A stretch of DNA of 64,000 bases from Octopus sinensis (Eukaryota): positions 54,622,001 to 54,686,000 of the forward strand of contig NC_043005.1 of the NCBI RefSeq assembly GCF_006345805.1, in the 5' to 3' direction. Position 1 is the first letter of the stretch, and each line of letters opens with the position of its first letter. A model generated the notes under the pieces. That model saw nothing but the letters and a program-made list of their open reading frames with translations, did no database searches and was not told where the DNA came from. Shown here one piece after another: positions 39,813 to 54,594 of the stretch. Position numbers and translations under genes: made by a program.

Positions 39813-39974
39813 CAAAGTATGGGGTTTAGTTCACAAGTGATCTAAGCGATTAGGTATGCTAGCTAAGTACTGTAATGGATTACTAGGGCACCAAGATTAC
39901 AGCCTAGACCATTAGTTAAGGAACCATTGCAGATTTGTATTCTCCTTGTTTCTCACCTTGTTTTTTCTGTGTCC

Positions 39975-40010
39975 CTTTCTGCAGAAGAGTGTAGGCTCGA
40001 AATGTAAAAT
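39975..40010 (+). ncRNA. Degenerate minimal hammerhead in a PLE-like terminal fragment
   Basis: ttt CTGCAGA a gag-tgtagg-ctc GAAA tg TA aaa. A6 is not conserved, there is an extra A after position 9, and stem III looks like CpG-decayed ACGT. Confidence 0.45.
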
Positions 40011-40100
40011 ACTTTTTCTATTCCTGAGTGTTATACTAATACATCTGTTTGTTTTGTACACCACCTGTCTTCGTCTTTTGTTTTTCATAAACTCCCACTG

Positions 40101-40174
<74 letters not shown>

Positions 40175-40476
40175 TATATAAAGAAATAATTGAGATTCAG
40201 TTGAATTAGGTACTTAAGTTGAAGCACCAAGTCAATCCAGTATTATTCACACAGCTCTAAGTAAGGTGAATAAAATCAAAATAAGCAACAGGATATCTCT
40301 CTCTCTCTCTCCCTGCATATATATAGAGAGAGAGGGAGACAGAGAGAGAGAGAGAGTATATATAGTATATATATGTGTGTGTGTGTGTATGTATATATAT
40401 GTATATATACATGCGTATATATATATATATGTATATATACATACGTATATATAATATATATATATTATATTATATT

Positions 40477-40516
<40 letters not shown>

Positions 40517-41585
40517 GTTTTAGATACATATGTATATATACATTTGTATATATATTTATGTGTGTGTGTGTGTCTTTGTCTTTGTCTTTGTCCCCACCAT
40601 CTCTTGACAACTGGTGTTGGTTTGTTTATGGCTCTATAACTTAGAATAGTAGCAAAAGAGATCAACACAGTAAGTACCAGGCTTAAAAAAAAAAGATAAG
40701 TACTAGCATCGATTTTTCTTTTTACTTAAAACTCTTCAGAGTAATGCTTCAGCATGGCCACAACAGTCCAATAACTGAAACAAGTAAAAGATATAAAATA
40801 AAAGATATGATTTTAACTGAAAGATAACAAAGGTATATTTTTATACATGATAGCTAGACTTCCTTCTTTAATAAAAAAAAATTCCTTTGTCTTGCTGTAC
40901 CAGAATTCAAATAATTTCGATATTTTACCTGCTGATATCTCAAATCATTCTTTTCTTTTTTCTTTTTTTTTTTTTTTTTTTTCGAAGAAAATTAGTCTTC
41001 TAGTTTTACTAGTTGGATCTGCATTAAGCAGGTTCTTCAATATAATGTAGAACATATGAAAGTATTTTTATATTAGTCACGCATCCTATGTTTCTCAGTA
41101 TGGGTGCTGTTGAAACAACTTCTATGAATACTGAATTAGCATGTGTTTGGTAACTTGTATTCTAAGCCAACCCCTTAGAGAGATGTTGAATTGTTCTGAT
41201 CGACCTACTTTAAAATAATGCCAAATCACTGACTAAACTCATGAATATTCCTCAAGCTGTCTTAGTGGATAACTTTCTTAGTCTTTTACTAAACACAGAT
41301 ATGCCCTGGACCAGTAAATTATTCTGTCACCTTTCTTACAAGCATTCCCTTCAGCTCTCAAGTCACTTGCAGAGCTATATTTGGCTTCTTGAGCCAAAAC
41401 ATCTTCTGAAGTAAACTTTCAAGAATTCTTGAAACATCCCAAGATGCACCGTAAAGTGAAACCTTTGTGAATAGTAATTTGAATTGTAGCTACATATTTA
41501 TGACTGAATTCTTAATAGACAAGAACATTTTCATTAAATAAAAGTTTAAAATATGCAAAGTTGATTTATTCTTTTATTTTTTTCT

Positions 41586-41972
41586 TCTTTTACTTGTTTC
41601 AGTCATTTGACTGCAGCCATGCTGGAGCACCACCTTTAGTCGAACAAATAAACCCCAGGACTTATTCTTTGTAAGCCTAGTACTTATTCTATCAGTTCCT
41701 TTTACCAAACTGCTAAGTTACAGGGATGTAAACACACCAAAATCAGTCATCAAGCAATGTTTGTGGGGACAAACACACACAGACATACAAATACATATAT
41801 ATATATATGTATATATATTCAATGGGCTTCTTTCAGTTTCCATCTATCAAGTCCATTCACAAGGCTTTAGTCAGCCCAAGGCTATAGTAGAAGACACTTG
41901 CCCAAGGAGCCAAACAGTGGGACTGAACCTAGAACCACGTGGTTGGGAAGCAAGCTTCTTACCACACAGCTG
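41586..41972 (-). mobile_element. Family A SINE
   Basis: Reverse complement of the consensus. Confidence 0.88.
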
Positions 41973-42223
41973 TTGATATTTGAATAAAACTGAAGTTACT
42001 CTTTCAATTTTATTCTGTTTTAGGTGAATGGAACTTCCAAAATAGAATAACATGTTCAATGATAAAAAAAAAGAGCTTGAAATTGGCTGAGCTGATACTG
42101 TACTGGGTTATCATTAGAACACTTGGTGGTTCATATCTTATAACCTTTAATGCATTTTGTTCTTAGAAAATAGACTGTAGTGAGTGCGTGATTTGAATAT
42201 AGAGGCACCTACCTTCTCTTCGT

Positions 42224-42476
42224 AGTGACGGAAACCCTCCAGAGATGACTGGTCCTTCCTCACAGCCCCGACCCGAACACTAACGATAGCAGCTGCTAGC
42301 CCAAACCCTTAGCGACGGCCTCACACGTCTTGTCACCTGCACGACCCATGTTGGAAAGGGCGATTTCCGCTCCCTGCGCACACCTGACAGCTGACCCCTT
42401 CCGCTTGCCCCGCTTCCGGTCAACGCACCCGGCTGCTGACGTCCGGCTGCTGACGTCCAGCTGCTGACGTCATCCC
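42224..42476. other. GC/CpG-rich island with three tandem gctgctgacgtc (CRE-like TGACGTC) units; LTR fragment or promoter-like
   Basis: About 20 CpGs in ~250 bp against a CpG-poor background; cttccgg ETS-like motif; full TGACGTCA in the third unit. Confidence 0.4.
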
Positions 42477-42908
42477 ACATAGACTTAATCCTTTTAATGC
42501 TAACCCATCTGAGACTGCTTTTGGTCATCAATCAGGACCAAGCTGGGAGAGAGGAGGTTGGCAACTATAGCAAAAACAACAGAAAGAAACTGAAATATTT
42601 TCGTAATCTAAAATTACAAAACAGACACAGAAGCTTGGTGTAGTCTCTTGCCTGCCTGGCTCCTGTCAAACCATCCAACCTATGCCAGCATGGAAGGTGG
42701 ATGCAAAACAATAATGATGATGATGGTGTTGAAATGAGAGTGTAAGTAGTTTTTTTTTTTTATGTCATGACCAAAAATATGAAAGGCTTTCTGAAGATCA
42801 GTCTTTAAATTTCAATCTGATTTAAAATTCAGTGAAAAAAGAATGGAATTTTAAATTCGTATCAGTGAAGAATTTAGTTATCAATTTAAGAATGTATTTT
42901 AAAATATT

Positions 42909-43223
42909 TGGAGGCACAATGGCCCAGTGGTTAGGGCAGTGGACTTCGTAGTCAGAGGATCACAGTTTCAATTCCCATACCTGGTGTTGTGCATGTTTAT
43001 TAAGCAAAATCATCTAAAGCTCCATGAGGCTCCAGCAGGGGGTGGTGGCGAACCCTGTTGTACTCTTTCACGCCTTAACTTTCTCTCACTCTTTCTTCCT
43101 GTTTCTTGAGTAACGCTTCAATTGACTGATATCCTGTCCAACCTGGGGGTAACATATGCACCATGGAAACTGGGCCCATGAGCCTGGCTAGGCTTGAAAA
43201 TGGTGCATAAATAAATAAATAAA
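42909..43223 (+). mobile_element. tRNA-derived SINE, family C, diverged
   Basis: tggcccagtggttagggcag A-box, actttctctcactcttt body, (AAAT)n tail; homologous to 2780-3083. Confidence 0.78.
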
Positions 43224-44381
43224 ATTTTTAAATATTGGTTTTCTATACTTCTAGATCCTTCATTTCAGTTTCTGAAAACGTCTCAGATTTAAAATTTTTG
43301 ACTTAAAACAAATTTTAATTAAAAAAAATTGGGAAAAATATTTCAAGTTAAAATTATCATCCATAAAATTCTCAAAACTTCCACCTGACAAGAAATTAGT
43401 AAACCAATTCTATATTATATACTTTTATGGTTAAATTCTGTTATTTAATATTGAACATTCAGCATCAATAGGCTTTGTTGGCAAGCAAAAAGTTTAAGAT
43501 TATGAAACTTTTTATATAACTCTACTATTTTCTTTCTTAACACTTTCTGTGGCTCTGCTTCGAATGAACTGGTGTTATTATATGACATTAGACCCAGGCA
43601 CTGATAAACTGTTGACATTTTCATGCTGTACATCCTTTGTGAACACAATCTGATGACATTATTCCTGTCAATATAGATGTGAAAATGTCACGGTTAGAGT
43701 GCGTTAAGTGGTACCTTCTTAAGTCAATTGAAGTATGAAGTTTGCTTTTACTATAGTTCAGCATTAACCAGTATTCTTCCAGCAATTTCACTGAAGAGAG
43801 CAAAACCTTTAAACTCAACAGTCCCAACTCTTTCTGATTTCTTCGGGGCAAGCTGTGGATAATTCACAGTACTTGTGTTGCTTATTGAGTGTTCTGCATA
43901 GAGTATACAATAAAAGTTTGTTGTTTCTGTTTTGTTCTTTTTATTTTATTTATTTTTCTTGTAGTTTAAATACTATTATTTTTTTTACTTTGGCTAGACA
44001 TGCATTTGATAATAAATTAAGATGAATATCAGAAATTGATTATTGGTTCAATAATTTGAAATTGATTTTCAATTTTAATGAATTAATTCAAGTTTCAATG
44101 TATGATTTTAAAATGTTTTGTAAGTTTTTGTTTTCATTGCTTTATTATTGGAATGGTTTGAAGCAGAGAAGCAGTACCTGAAGTCTTACAAGACACATCT
44201 GGATGACTATGCATTAAATTCTTGTGCAATTTTATTTATTCGCATATTCTTTAATTATCTTCACATTTCTGTTTCCAAAACACCAAATTCTTTGAATTCT
44301 CTTATACAACAAGCTTAGCAAAATTTTCAGCCATTTTGTATATGTATAAATATATGTCTACATGTGCATACATATATCTCT

Positions 44382-46460
44382 CTCTTTTACTCTTTTACTT
44401 GTTTCAGTCATTTGACTGCGGCCATGCTGAAGCACCGCCTTTTAATCGAGCAACTCGACCCCGGGAGTTATTCTTTGTAAACCCAGTACTTATTCTATCG
44501 GTCTCTTTTGCCGAACCGCTAAGTGACGGGAGCATAAACTCACCAGCATCAGTTGTCAAACAATGCTAGGGGGACAAACACAGACACACAAACACACACA
44601 CATACACACACACACACTTGCCTCAACAGGTCTTCACAGGTCTTCACAAGTGTCACAGGAAGGAAGGAAGGTATGCACAGGGGACTGACTACGTCCCAAG
44701 TAGGGGCCACGGGTTATGGCCTGACTAGTCTTCGGTTGGTGTTTTTATGTGCCACCGACACAGGTGCCAGATGAGGCTGGCGAACGGCCACGATCGGATG
44801 GTGTTTGTTATGTGCCCTCGTCACAGAGGCCAGTCGATGCGGTACTGGCTACGGCCACGTTCGGATGGTTTTCTTGTGTGCCAACGGTACTGGTACCACA
44901 AAGATACAAATTCCATTGATGTTCATCTATTTTGATTTGGTTTGATTTGATTTGATTTGATTTTGATTTGATTTTCACTTGCCTCAACAGGTCTACACAG
45001 TTCACAACACTTGCCTCAACAGGTCTTCACAAGTGTCATAAGTAGTGTCACACACTTGCCTCACAGGTCTTCACAAGTGTCATAAGTAGGAAGGTATGCA
45101 CAGGTGGACTGACTACGTCGCCGGGTCTCGGATGGTGTTTTTTGGTGCCACCGACACAGGTGCCAGATGAGGCTGGCGAACAGCCACGATCAGATGTGTT
45201 TGTTGTGCCCACAGCACGGAGGCCAGTCGATGCGTACTAGCTACGGCCACGTTCGGATGGTTTTCTTGTGTGCCACCGGTACTGGAACCACAGAGATACA
45301 AATTCCATTGATGTTCATCTATTTTGATTTGGTTTGATTGGGACGTAGTCAGTCCCCTGTGCATACCTTCCTTCCTTCCTGTGACACTTGTGAAGACCTG
45401 TGAAGACCTGTTGAGGCAAGTGAAAATCAAATCAAATCAAATCAAAATAGATGAACATCAATGGAATTTGTATCTTTGTGGTACCAGTGCCGGTGGACAC
45501 AAGAAAACCATCCGAACGTGGCCGTAGCCAGTACCGCATCGACTGGCCTCTGTGACGAGGGCACATAACAAACACCATCCGATCGTGGCCGTTCGCCAGC
45601 TCATCTGGCACCTGTGTCGTGGCACATAAAAACACCAACCGAAGACCCAGCAACACTAGTCAGGCCATAACCCGTGGCCCCTACTTGGGACGTAGTCAGT
45701 CCCTGTGCATACCTTCCTTCCTTCCTGTGACACTTGTGAAGACCTGTGAAGACCTGTTGAGGCAAGTGAAAATCAAAATCAAATCAAAACAAATCAAAAT
45801 AGATGAACATCAATGGAATTTGTATCTTTGTGGTACCAGTGCCGGTGGCACACAAGAAAACCATCCGAACGTGGCCGTAGCCAGTACCGCATAGACTGGC
45901 CTCCGTGCTTTGGGGACGTAACAAACACCATCCGATCGTGGCCGTCCGCCAGCCTCATCTGGCACTGTGTCGGTGGCACATAAAAACCCATCCGAGCGTG
46001 GCCGTCTGCCAGCCTCGTCTGGCACCTGTATCGGTGGCACATAACAACACCATCCGAGCGTGGCCGTTCGCCAGCCTCGTCTGGCACCTGTGTCGGTGGC
46101 CATAAAATCACCCATACACTCTCGGAGTGGTTGGCGTTAGAAGGGCATCCAGCTGTAGAAACACTGCCAGATCCGACTGGCCTGGTGCAGCCTTCGGGCT
46201 CCCCAGACCCCAGTTGAACCGTCCAACCATGCTAGCATGGAAAACGGACGCTAAATGATGATGATGATGATGATGATATATATATATATATACCATATAT
46301 ACGACAGGCTTCTTTCAGTTTCTGTCTACAAATCCACTCACAAGGCTTGTCGGCCCGAGGCTATATTAGAAGACACTTGCCCAAGTGCCACACAGTGGGA
46401 CTGAACCTGGAACCATGTGGTTGGTAAACAAGCTACTTACCACACAGCCACTCTGAGCCT
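44382..46460 (-). mobile_element. Family A SINE split in two (44382-44614 and 46297-46460) by the composite element
   Basis: 3' half ends in the (CA)n tract; the 5' half resumes after the (GAT)n(TA)n tail of the insert. Confidence 0.85.
44615..46276. mobile_element. Second copy of the composite tandem/RTE-tail retroposon, with an inverted 5' part (minus 44615-45339, plus 45340-46276)
   Basis: 44615-44700 is the reverse complement of 45340-45421; the same units as 26830-28345; ends in the RTE tail and (GAT)n. Confidence 0.88.
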
Positions 46461-46588
46461 TATATATACATATATATATAAGTTGCTATTGTACATTAAA
46501 TTCAACTTTACATTTTATATATATATTTTATACATATATATATGCACATATTTATGTATGTATATGTATATATATGTGTGTGTGTGTA

Positions 46589-46640
<52 letters not shown>

Positions 46641-47462
46641 TATATGATGATGATATTGTGTTCAGTTTTTGAATTAACTATAATGAGTACATACATTCAT
46701 ACATACATACATACACACATACATACATACATACTTACATACATACATACATACATACATGCAAACATATATATATATACACATAGGTACAGGCATGGCT
46801 TTGTAGTTAAGGTGTTTTCTTCCAAAACATGTGGTTTCATTTGTCCAAGGTCCCACTGAGTGGCTCCTTGAGCAAGTGTTGTCTATAGTCCTGAGTATAG
46901 CCTTGTGGGTGGATTTGGTGGATAGAAAATAAAAGAGGGCCATCATACACATATCTGTGTGCACATGAATTTGTATATGCATATATGTGTGTGTGTGTGC
47001 GTGTGTGTGTGTGTGTATCATCATCATCATCATTATCAAAATTTTAACATCCGTTTTCCATACTGGGATGGGATGGATGGCTTGAAAGGAACTGGTAAAG
47101 TGAGGGGCCACACAAGATTCCATAGTCTGTTTTGGCTCGGTTTTTCTGCCACTAGATGGCCTTCCTAGCACCAGCCACTTTACAGAGTGTACTGGATGGT
47201 TTTTTTCATGGCACCTTTGATTTAGGTTCTCAATTTGATCATGGTCGGCACATCTTGAGTACAGCAATGCACCACATATTTTTGTTCGTCTGTCTGTCTG
47301 TCTCGCTCTTCACATATATGCATATATATATATAGATACAGACAGACAGAGACAGACAAATAAGCTGATAGTCCGGTAGACAGGCAGGTGGACAGACAGA
47401 CTGACAGACAGATAGATATCAAGATAAGGAAACACAAGCATTTCCCACCCCTACTATATACA

Positions 47463-47496
<34 letters not shown>

Positions 47497-48101
47497 TCTC
47501 TATCTATCTATCTACCTTTGATCTTATGCACTCATAGGTTTAAAACATTTTCAATTATTTATCATATCATCATCGTTTTAAAGTCTACTTTTCTATGCTT
47601 GTATAGATCAACTGTGATTCATTGAGGTAACATTTTGCCAACCCTGCCTCTGATTCCAAGCAAAGTAATGCTTCTCCTTGGCCAGACATTTTTTCAAAGG
47701 AGACTAGAATTGAATGAAGCTACATATATAACAGTGACACTCATTTACAACAATTAATTGATATCAGAATTTTACTTTATCACCGTCATTGTTTTCTAAA
47801 ATGTATAATTGTCTAAGAGTACAAAACTCACTGTGAGATGTGTTGTTAGTCCTTTGCAAAATAAACTCTCAGCTACCGAGGTACTCATTCTCAGCTGAGC
47901 AGATTGCAATGATGTGAAAGTTAGTGTTTTGTTTAAGAATGCAATAGACCTCCTAGCCCAGGAATTGAACTTGTGATCTTACTATCACAAGTTCAATAAA
48001 ATCTTCATTATTTATTAATTTTTATTTGTATAAATTTCTTAAATATTGCTACTATGAAAAAAAATACAAATTGATTTATACCACACACACATTCACATGT
48101 A

Positions 48102-48141
<40 letters not shown>

Positions 48142-48308
48142 ATAGATATATATGATATATATGTATGCATTTATATGTATGTGTATGTGTATATATGGTA
48201 TATATTTACCTTATGTATATTTTTATACATATATGCATATATATATATATAATATATATAGTGTGTGTATATATATATATATGTGTGTGTGTGTGTATAT
48301 ACATATGT

Positions 48309-48339
<31 letters not shown>

Positions 48340-48359
48340 GTATGTATATATATAATATG

Positions 48360-48433
<74 letters not shown>

Positions 48434-49008
48434 ATTATATATATATTCATTCATTCATTCATTCATTCATACATACAGACACATGTTCATACACATATGC
48501 TTACACACAGAAACACACACACACACACTCACATATATATATATTCTTTAATTTATGTCCATTTTATGCGGATTAAATGCTACAATATTATGCTTAATAT
48601 ACACTGAACATAACATCATAATACACGAGAAACAAGCTACAAAAACAAACAAAAAAATCAAAACAGAAACATAACAAAGAAATAGGGAAACAAACAAGCA
48701 TATGTTAACATAATATTTATATTGTATGATATCATCATGTGCTTATTCTAAAATAATAGAATTTTAAATATATTCTGTGAATAACATTAAGACAGGAATT
48801 GAATACAGTATGATAAGTTTGATTTTCACCTGAATTTAGTTTAGTTCAGAGTTTTTGAAGCTCTGCACTTTATACATGATTAAAAAAAAAATTTCATTTT
48901 TATTTATCATTTCTTTTTGTCACCCCCATGTTCTTTTATTTCTTTTGTTTTTGTTATTTTGCTTTGCATGTATATTTTTGTGTGTGTGTGTGTATATGTA
49001 TATATATG

Positions 49009-49085
<77 letters not shown>

Positions 49086-49389
49086 ATATAAGTATATATA
49101 TTGTCTGTGTATGTATATATGTTATTTCTTTAAAATTATAATGTTTATCAGGGAAATAATGTTGTTTTGTGCTGAGTTTATTTTATTTAATATTTATTTA
49201 TTTATATTTATTTATTATTTCTTTTTTTTTTTTTTTTCTTGCATCATTTATGAATTTGTTTTCAAAGATATTTTATTAACAGATAGAAACTTATATACAT
49301 TATGTATAAACAGATTAAGATAACATGAAGAGTAGTATGTCTGTGTATATGTGTGGTGTGTGTATAATATATATGTGTGTATATATATA

Positions 49390-49426
<37 letters not shown>

Positions 49427-49521
49427 CATATACATATATACAAATATATATGTATATATATGTATGTTTGTATATACTTGTATTTGTATATGCATATGTA
49501 TATATGTATGTATGCATGTAC

Positions 49522-49560
<39 letters not shown>

Positions 49561-50667
49561 CATATATATACATTTATGTGCTTATATTTATATATATGTA
49601 TGTATATTATATGTGTACATATGTGTGTATATATATATATTATATATATAATAATATATATACTTGCGAATGTATAACTGTATATAAATTTATAAAAGTA
49701 TTTTTTTAAAAAAGAAAAATGAGAAAACACGCAGAACCTGATAACAGAATTGAATATTAAATTTCTACCTGTAAGATAAATGACAGTGATGTTGATTTTA
49801 TTGATGTTGTTGATGTTGATGATGTTGCTGATGACATTGATGATAATGATTATTATTGTCGTGGTGGCTGTGGTGGTGGTGGTGGTGGGGTGTTGGTGGG
49901 GGGGGGGGGATGACCAGGATGAGAGTGTTGATGACTATGATGCTGATATTGTGCTTAGATAACAACAGTGTCAACAACAATCACTATAATGGTGATAAAT
50001 CATAAAGAGGATGATGATGATAATGATGATGCTACTGATGATGATGATGACGACGACGATGATGATGATGGTTGTGGTGGTGGCGGCGTCGTTCGCGGTG
50101 GTGGTGGTGGTGGTGATGGTGGTGATGATGATTATAAGGATGATGATAAACAAATTTCTATCAGTGAAACCATACGATGGTGTAGATTTTATATACTCAC
50201 ACAAGTGTCCCCCCCTTATGCGTATTCTCACATACACATGCACATGCACATACACACACATACACACACGCACATACACACATATGCATGGACACAAACT
50301 TTCATGCTCTTAAATGCAATTAAACTATTAAACAAATATATACAACCCCATTTACATATACTTTTATGCTGATAAAAATCACTCCAATACTTGGCTACAC
50401 ACATGCATAAGCAATGATATATATAATATATATATATATATATGTACACACACATATATATATATATGGTGTGTATGTATGTACGTGTATGTATGTATAC
50501 ATATATATATTTATATATATATACATATATACATATATACATGTATATATATATATGTATATATATATATGTATATGTATATGTATATATATAAATATAT
50601 ATATGTATGTATTCATATATATATATTTACTCATATGTATTCACACACACATACATAAATATATATA

Positions 50668-50704
<37 letters not shown>

Positions 50705-50748
50705 AGGGGAGGGAGAGATAGATAAATAGATAGACACACAACATACAT

Positions 50749-50784
<36 letters not shown>

Positions 50785-51100
50785 TACATCTAAATACATT
50801 TTTACTTTTATGTACACATCATATCTGATGACACACGCTGTATTTACATTCATCTACCAACCAAATTCACAGTAAAGACGTACAGTACACTTATTTTATT
50901 GTAAATATTTGCAAAAAGAATGAACATAGGCACAGATGTGGCTGTGTGGTAAGAAGCTTGCTTCCCAACCACATGGTTCTAGGTTCAGTCCCACTGCGTG
51001 GAATCTTGAGCAAGTGTCTTCTATTATAGCCTCGGGCCAACAAAAGCCTAGTGAGAGGATTTGATAGATGGAAACTGAAAGAAGCCCATCGTATATATAC

Positions 51101-51183
<83 letters not shown>

Positions 51184-51970
51184 TTTATTGCCCACAGGAG
51201 GCTAAACATAGAGGGGACAAACAGGACAGAGACAACGTTTTTAAGTTGATTACATCGCCCCAGTGCGTAAGTGTTACTTATTTAATCGACCCCGAGAGGA
51301 TGATAGGTAAAGTTGACCTCTGCAGAATTTGAACTCAGAACATAATGGCAGACAAAATACCACTAAGCATTTCCCCTTGCATGCTAATGATTCTGCCAGC
51401 TTCGTCTGGTCCCCATGCCGGTGGCACGTAAAAAGCACCATCTGATCATTTGCCAGCCTCGTCTGGCACCTGTGCCGGTGGCATGTGAAAAGCACCCACT
51501 ACACTCACGGAGTGGTTGGCGTTAGGAAGGGCATCCAGCTGTAGAAACACTGCCAGATCAGACTGGGCCTGGTGCAGCCTTCTGGCTTCCCAGACCCCAG
51601 TTGCACCGTCCAACCCATGCCAGCATGGAAAGTGGACGTTGAATGATGATGATGATGATGATTATGATATATATATCATCACAATCATCATTTAACGTTG
51701 ATGTTCCATATCGGCATGTGTTGGATGGTTTGACAAGATCCACCAGATCCAAAGACTGCATGAAGCACCAGTGTCTACTTTAGCATAGTAGTTATGGATA
51801 GATTTCCTTCCTAACACCAATGACTTTACATCATGTATTAGTTGCTTCGTTCACACTACCAGTACAAGACAATGAACCTCAGGGATGGTGGAGTGTCTGT
51901 TTTATACAAGAGAATAGAGGGTTAAGGCATGACAGAACCAGGGGTGTGGGCAGAGAAGGTTCTTTTATAG

Positions 51971-52336
51971 CAGGGGTTCTCCACCATTTTTTTTACCCTT
52001 TGATTACTATTTTATTCTGGTGAACCCCCATAAGCATTCAATGTTTAAAAACTAGTTTTATCGAAACTTCTTTCAAAATTTCTATTTTTATATTCACACA
52101 TTAACTTGCGTAACTTGAACTATGTAAAGCATTTGAGAAAGAAACCTGTTTCTTGCTAAAGATATCAACGCATATATCTAATGTAAAGTTTTTTCAGAGG
52201 TCCTTAAAATACTATTGCAGATCCCCAATTTACTATTTTGTTGCATAGACCCTGCAAAAATTTTATATGGACCCCAGTTGGGGGGAAGTCGCAAAAATTC
52301 TATATGGACCCACAAACATTTTATATGGAACCACTG
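51971..52336. mobile_element. hAT-like MITE remnant
   Basis: Termini caggggttct / ggaaccactg; no clear 8-bp TSD. Confidence 0.5.
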
Positions 52337-53443
52337 TTGTGGAAGATCTGCATGGTTACTCACATTTAGTAGGAGATAGGGAGAAAGAGAAAAGAGAAAT
52401 GATTAGTAAGAGATGCAAAGGGATAGATGGTGGCAATGAGTGCCCAAATGAGCCACTCAGAATATAATGTGGATGAGTAGTGGTTGGTAGGATGGGTGGG
52501 CTGTTTGCAAGATTGCAAGTGGAACAGGAGATGAGAGGATGAAGAAGCAGACTGCAACTGTAAATATTGGGTAAGATCAAAGGGTGGATGATTGATGATC
52601 CATGAGTTGAGAAGGACAGAGGGATGCAGAAAGGAGCAGGTGGGGAGATAAGCAGCAGGATAATAATGATGATGCAGCTGACTGGGTAAAGACAAGAGAG
52701 AGAAGTGGAGAGATATGACATGGGGTGTTTTAAAACCTGTCTAGATGTTTTCTCCCATGCATGAAACTATTGGTAGCTCATAATTGTATACTGTCACATT
52801 AAACAATATTTATCTCTTGTCAGATGGAGTACTTTTTTTGTTGATCTTACCTTAACAGGAAAGTAAACTAATATGTATATACCAGTGAGACCCATGTAAA
52901 TTCCATGGAATTCTGAAAAATTAAGAGGACCTATTTAAGAAAAAAAGAATGATTTGTATTTTTACAGTATTATTAGTATAGCTTTCTTTAAATATTCTTG
53001 ACATTTGTCTGTATTCATTTCTTCATGACTCTGACAGTAGTGTTTTTTTTTTTCTCTTTTTATTATATCTTCTTGCTTTTCCTCTCTGATCCATTCTCTA
53101 TATCTTCACATCCTTTATGAGACAGCTTGCAACCATCTTTCTTGTGAATCCATAGTTTAGGCTAAATTAACCCTTATGAACAAATACCGATTTTCAAGCA
53201 AGCAGACAATAAATAATTGTGCTTATGTGCATGCATTAAGTGATGGTCATTATAAAAAATAATTTATTTCAATAAAGGAAAACACTTTTTACTATCAACA
53301 CACCACCACCAACACCACCAACACCACCACCACTACCAACACCATCATCATCATCACTTAAGTTTTCTGTAACAAAGCTTATTTCATATCTGTTCAGTAC
53401 GGCTGTTACTGTATCTCTACTATGACAATACAAATGCTCTCTG

Positions 53444-53488
<45 letters not shown>

Positions 53489-54594
53489 CAATATAACTAC
53501 CTCCTCAGTCCATCTCCCTCTTTCTACTTTTCTTTAACCTCAACACCAGAACATCACCTTCTTCTAAATATTGTATCCTAAACATATCTCTCTCTTTACC
53601 TTTCCCTTTAGCTAACATTTTAACCACGTAATAGCAATTCCTTCCCCACCCTATTGCACGTCGTTCTTCCACTTTTTCTCGCACCCTCTTTCTTTCTCCC
53701 TCTTTTCTCTCACTCTCCATATTTCCCTTCTGCTAACCACATGAAGCATTTGGCCTTAGTGTTTTAAGATTATACACCTTTCTCTACATTTTTCCTTTCT
53801 TCTTTCTTCTCTACTCTCTCTCCCTCCCCCTCCCTCTCCTTCTCAGTCTTACTCCACTTCTCACTGACACCATCTTGACCTATCTAATTAACCAAGGTAT
53901 AACAGATGAACAAACAAGCGGAATTTTATAAATACATATTTATGCCAGGTTACTTGCTAGGTCTCTCATGAGTGCTACAAGTAACATGGATTCTAGTACA
54001 ACCTGTTGCTTGGTTGGTCATTCAGTGATTAAACTGGTAGTCCCAGCAGATTGGCCCAATGAGGAATTTTGCAAGAACTCAACAGGATTAAAAGCAAAAC
54101 TTGTCAACAGGACAGAAGGACCCAGCTAAGTTTCAATAACTATCTAGCAATAGCAGAAGCCCTTAGAAATTTTGGATTGGTATTTGGCGTTTTGAAAGAC
54201 CACTGGGAGTGAGACACAGAGTTGGTCACTCTGATATAAGACTGGACATGCAGAAAATGGCATTGGACATTTGGAGGATCTTTTTTTGCACTAAACATGG
54301 CACTCCCACTTTCCTGAGCCTGCAACCCATACGAGCCCTGGATATCCTACCTCAGCTTGTCTCTGAATTATACCAATAGGGTGGAGTAGGTCTGTGAGGT
54401 ATTGTGAAAACCTTGTTGAACCTAAAATTTTGTACAGGCATTGAGGATATTTTGGAGTAGCTTCTAATCATGTGTAATGTCTTCTGCAGAAATATGGCAT
54501 AATCTAGATTTTTGGTTGCACCTTGGAGCACCAAAGGCTTCACTGTCTGTTTTGTTTCATAGCAATCTCCTGTTCTTGTACTGCAAATGCACAG

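Noticed and set aside
43445-43890. Minus-strand coding-like ORFs with a good acceptor near 43885
   Set aside because: All frames close quickly, no recognisable motif is present and the donor is weak.
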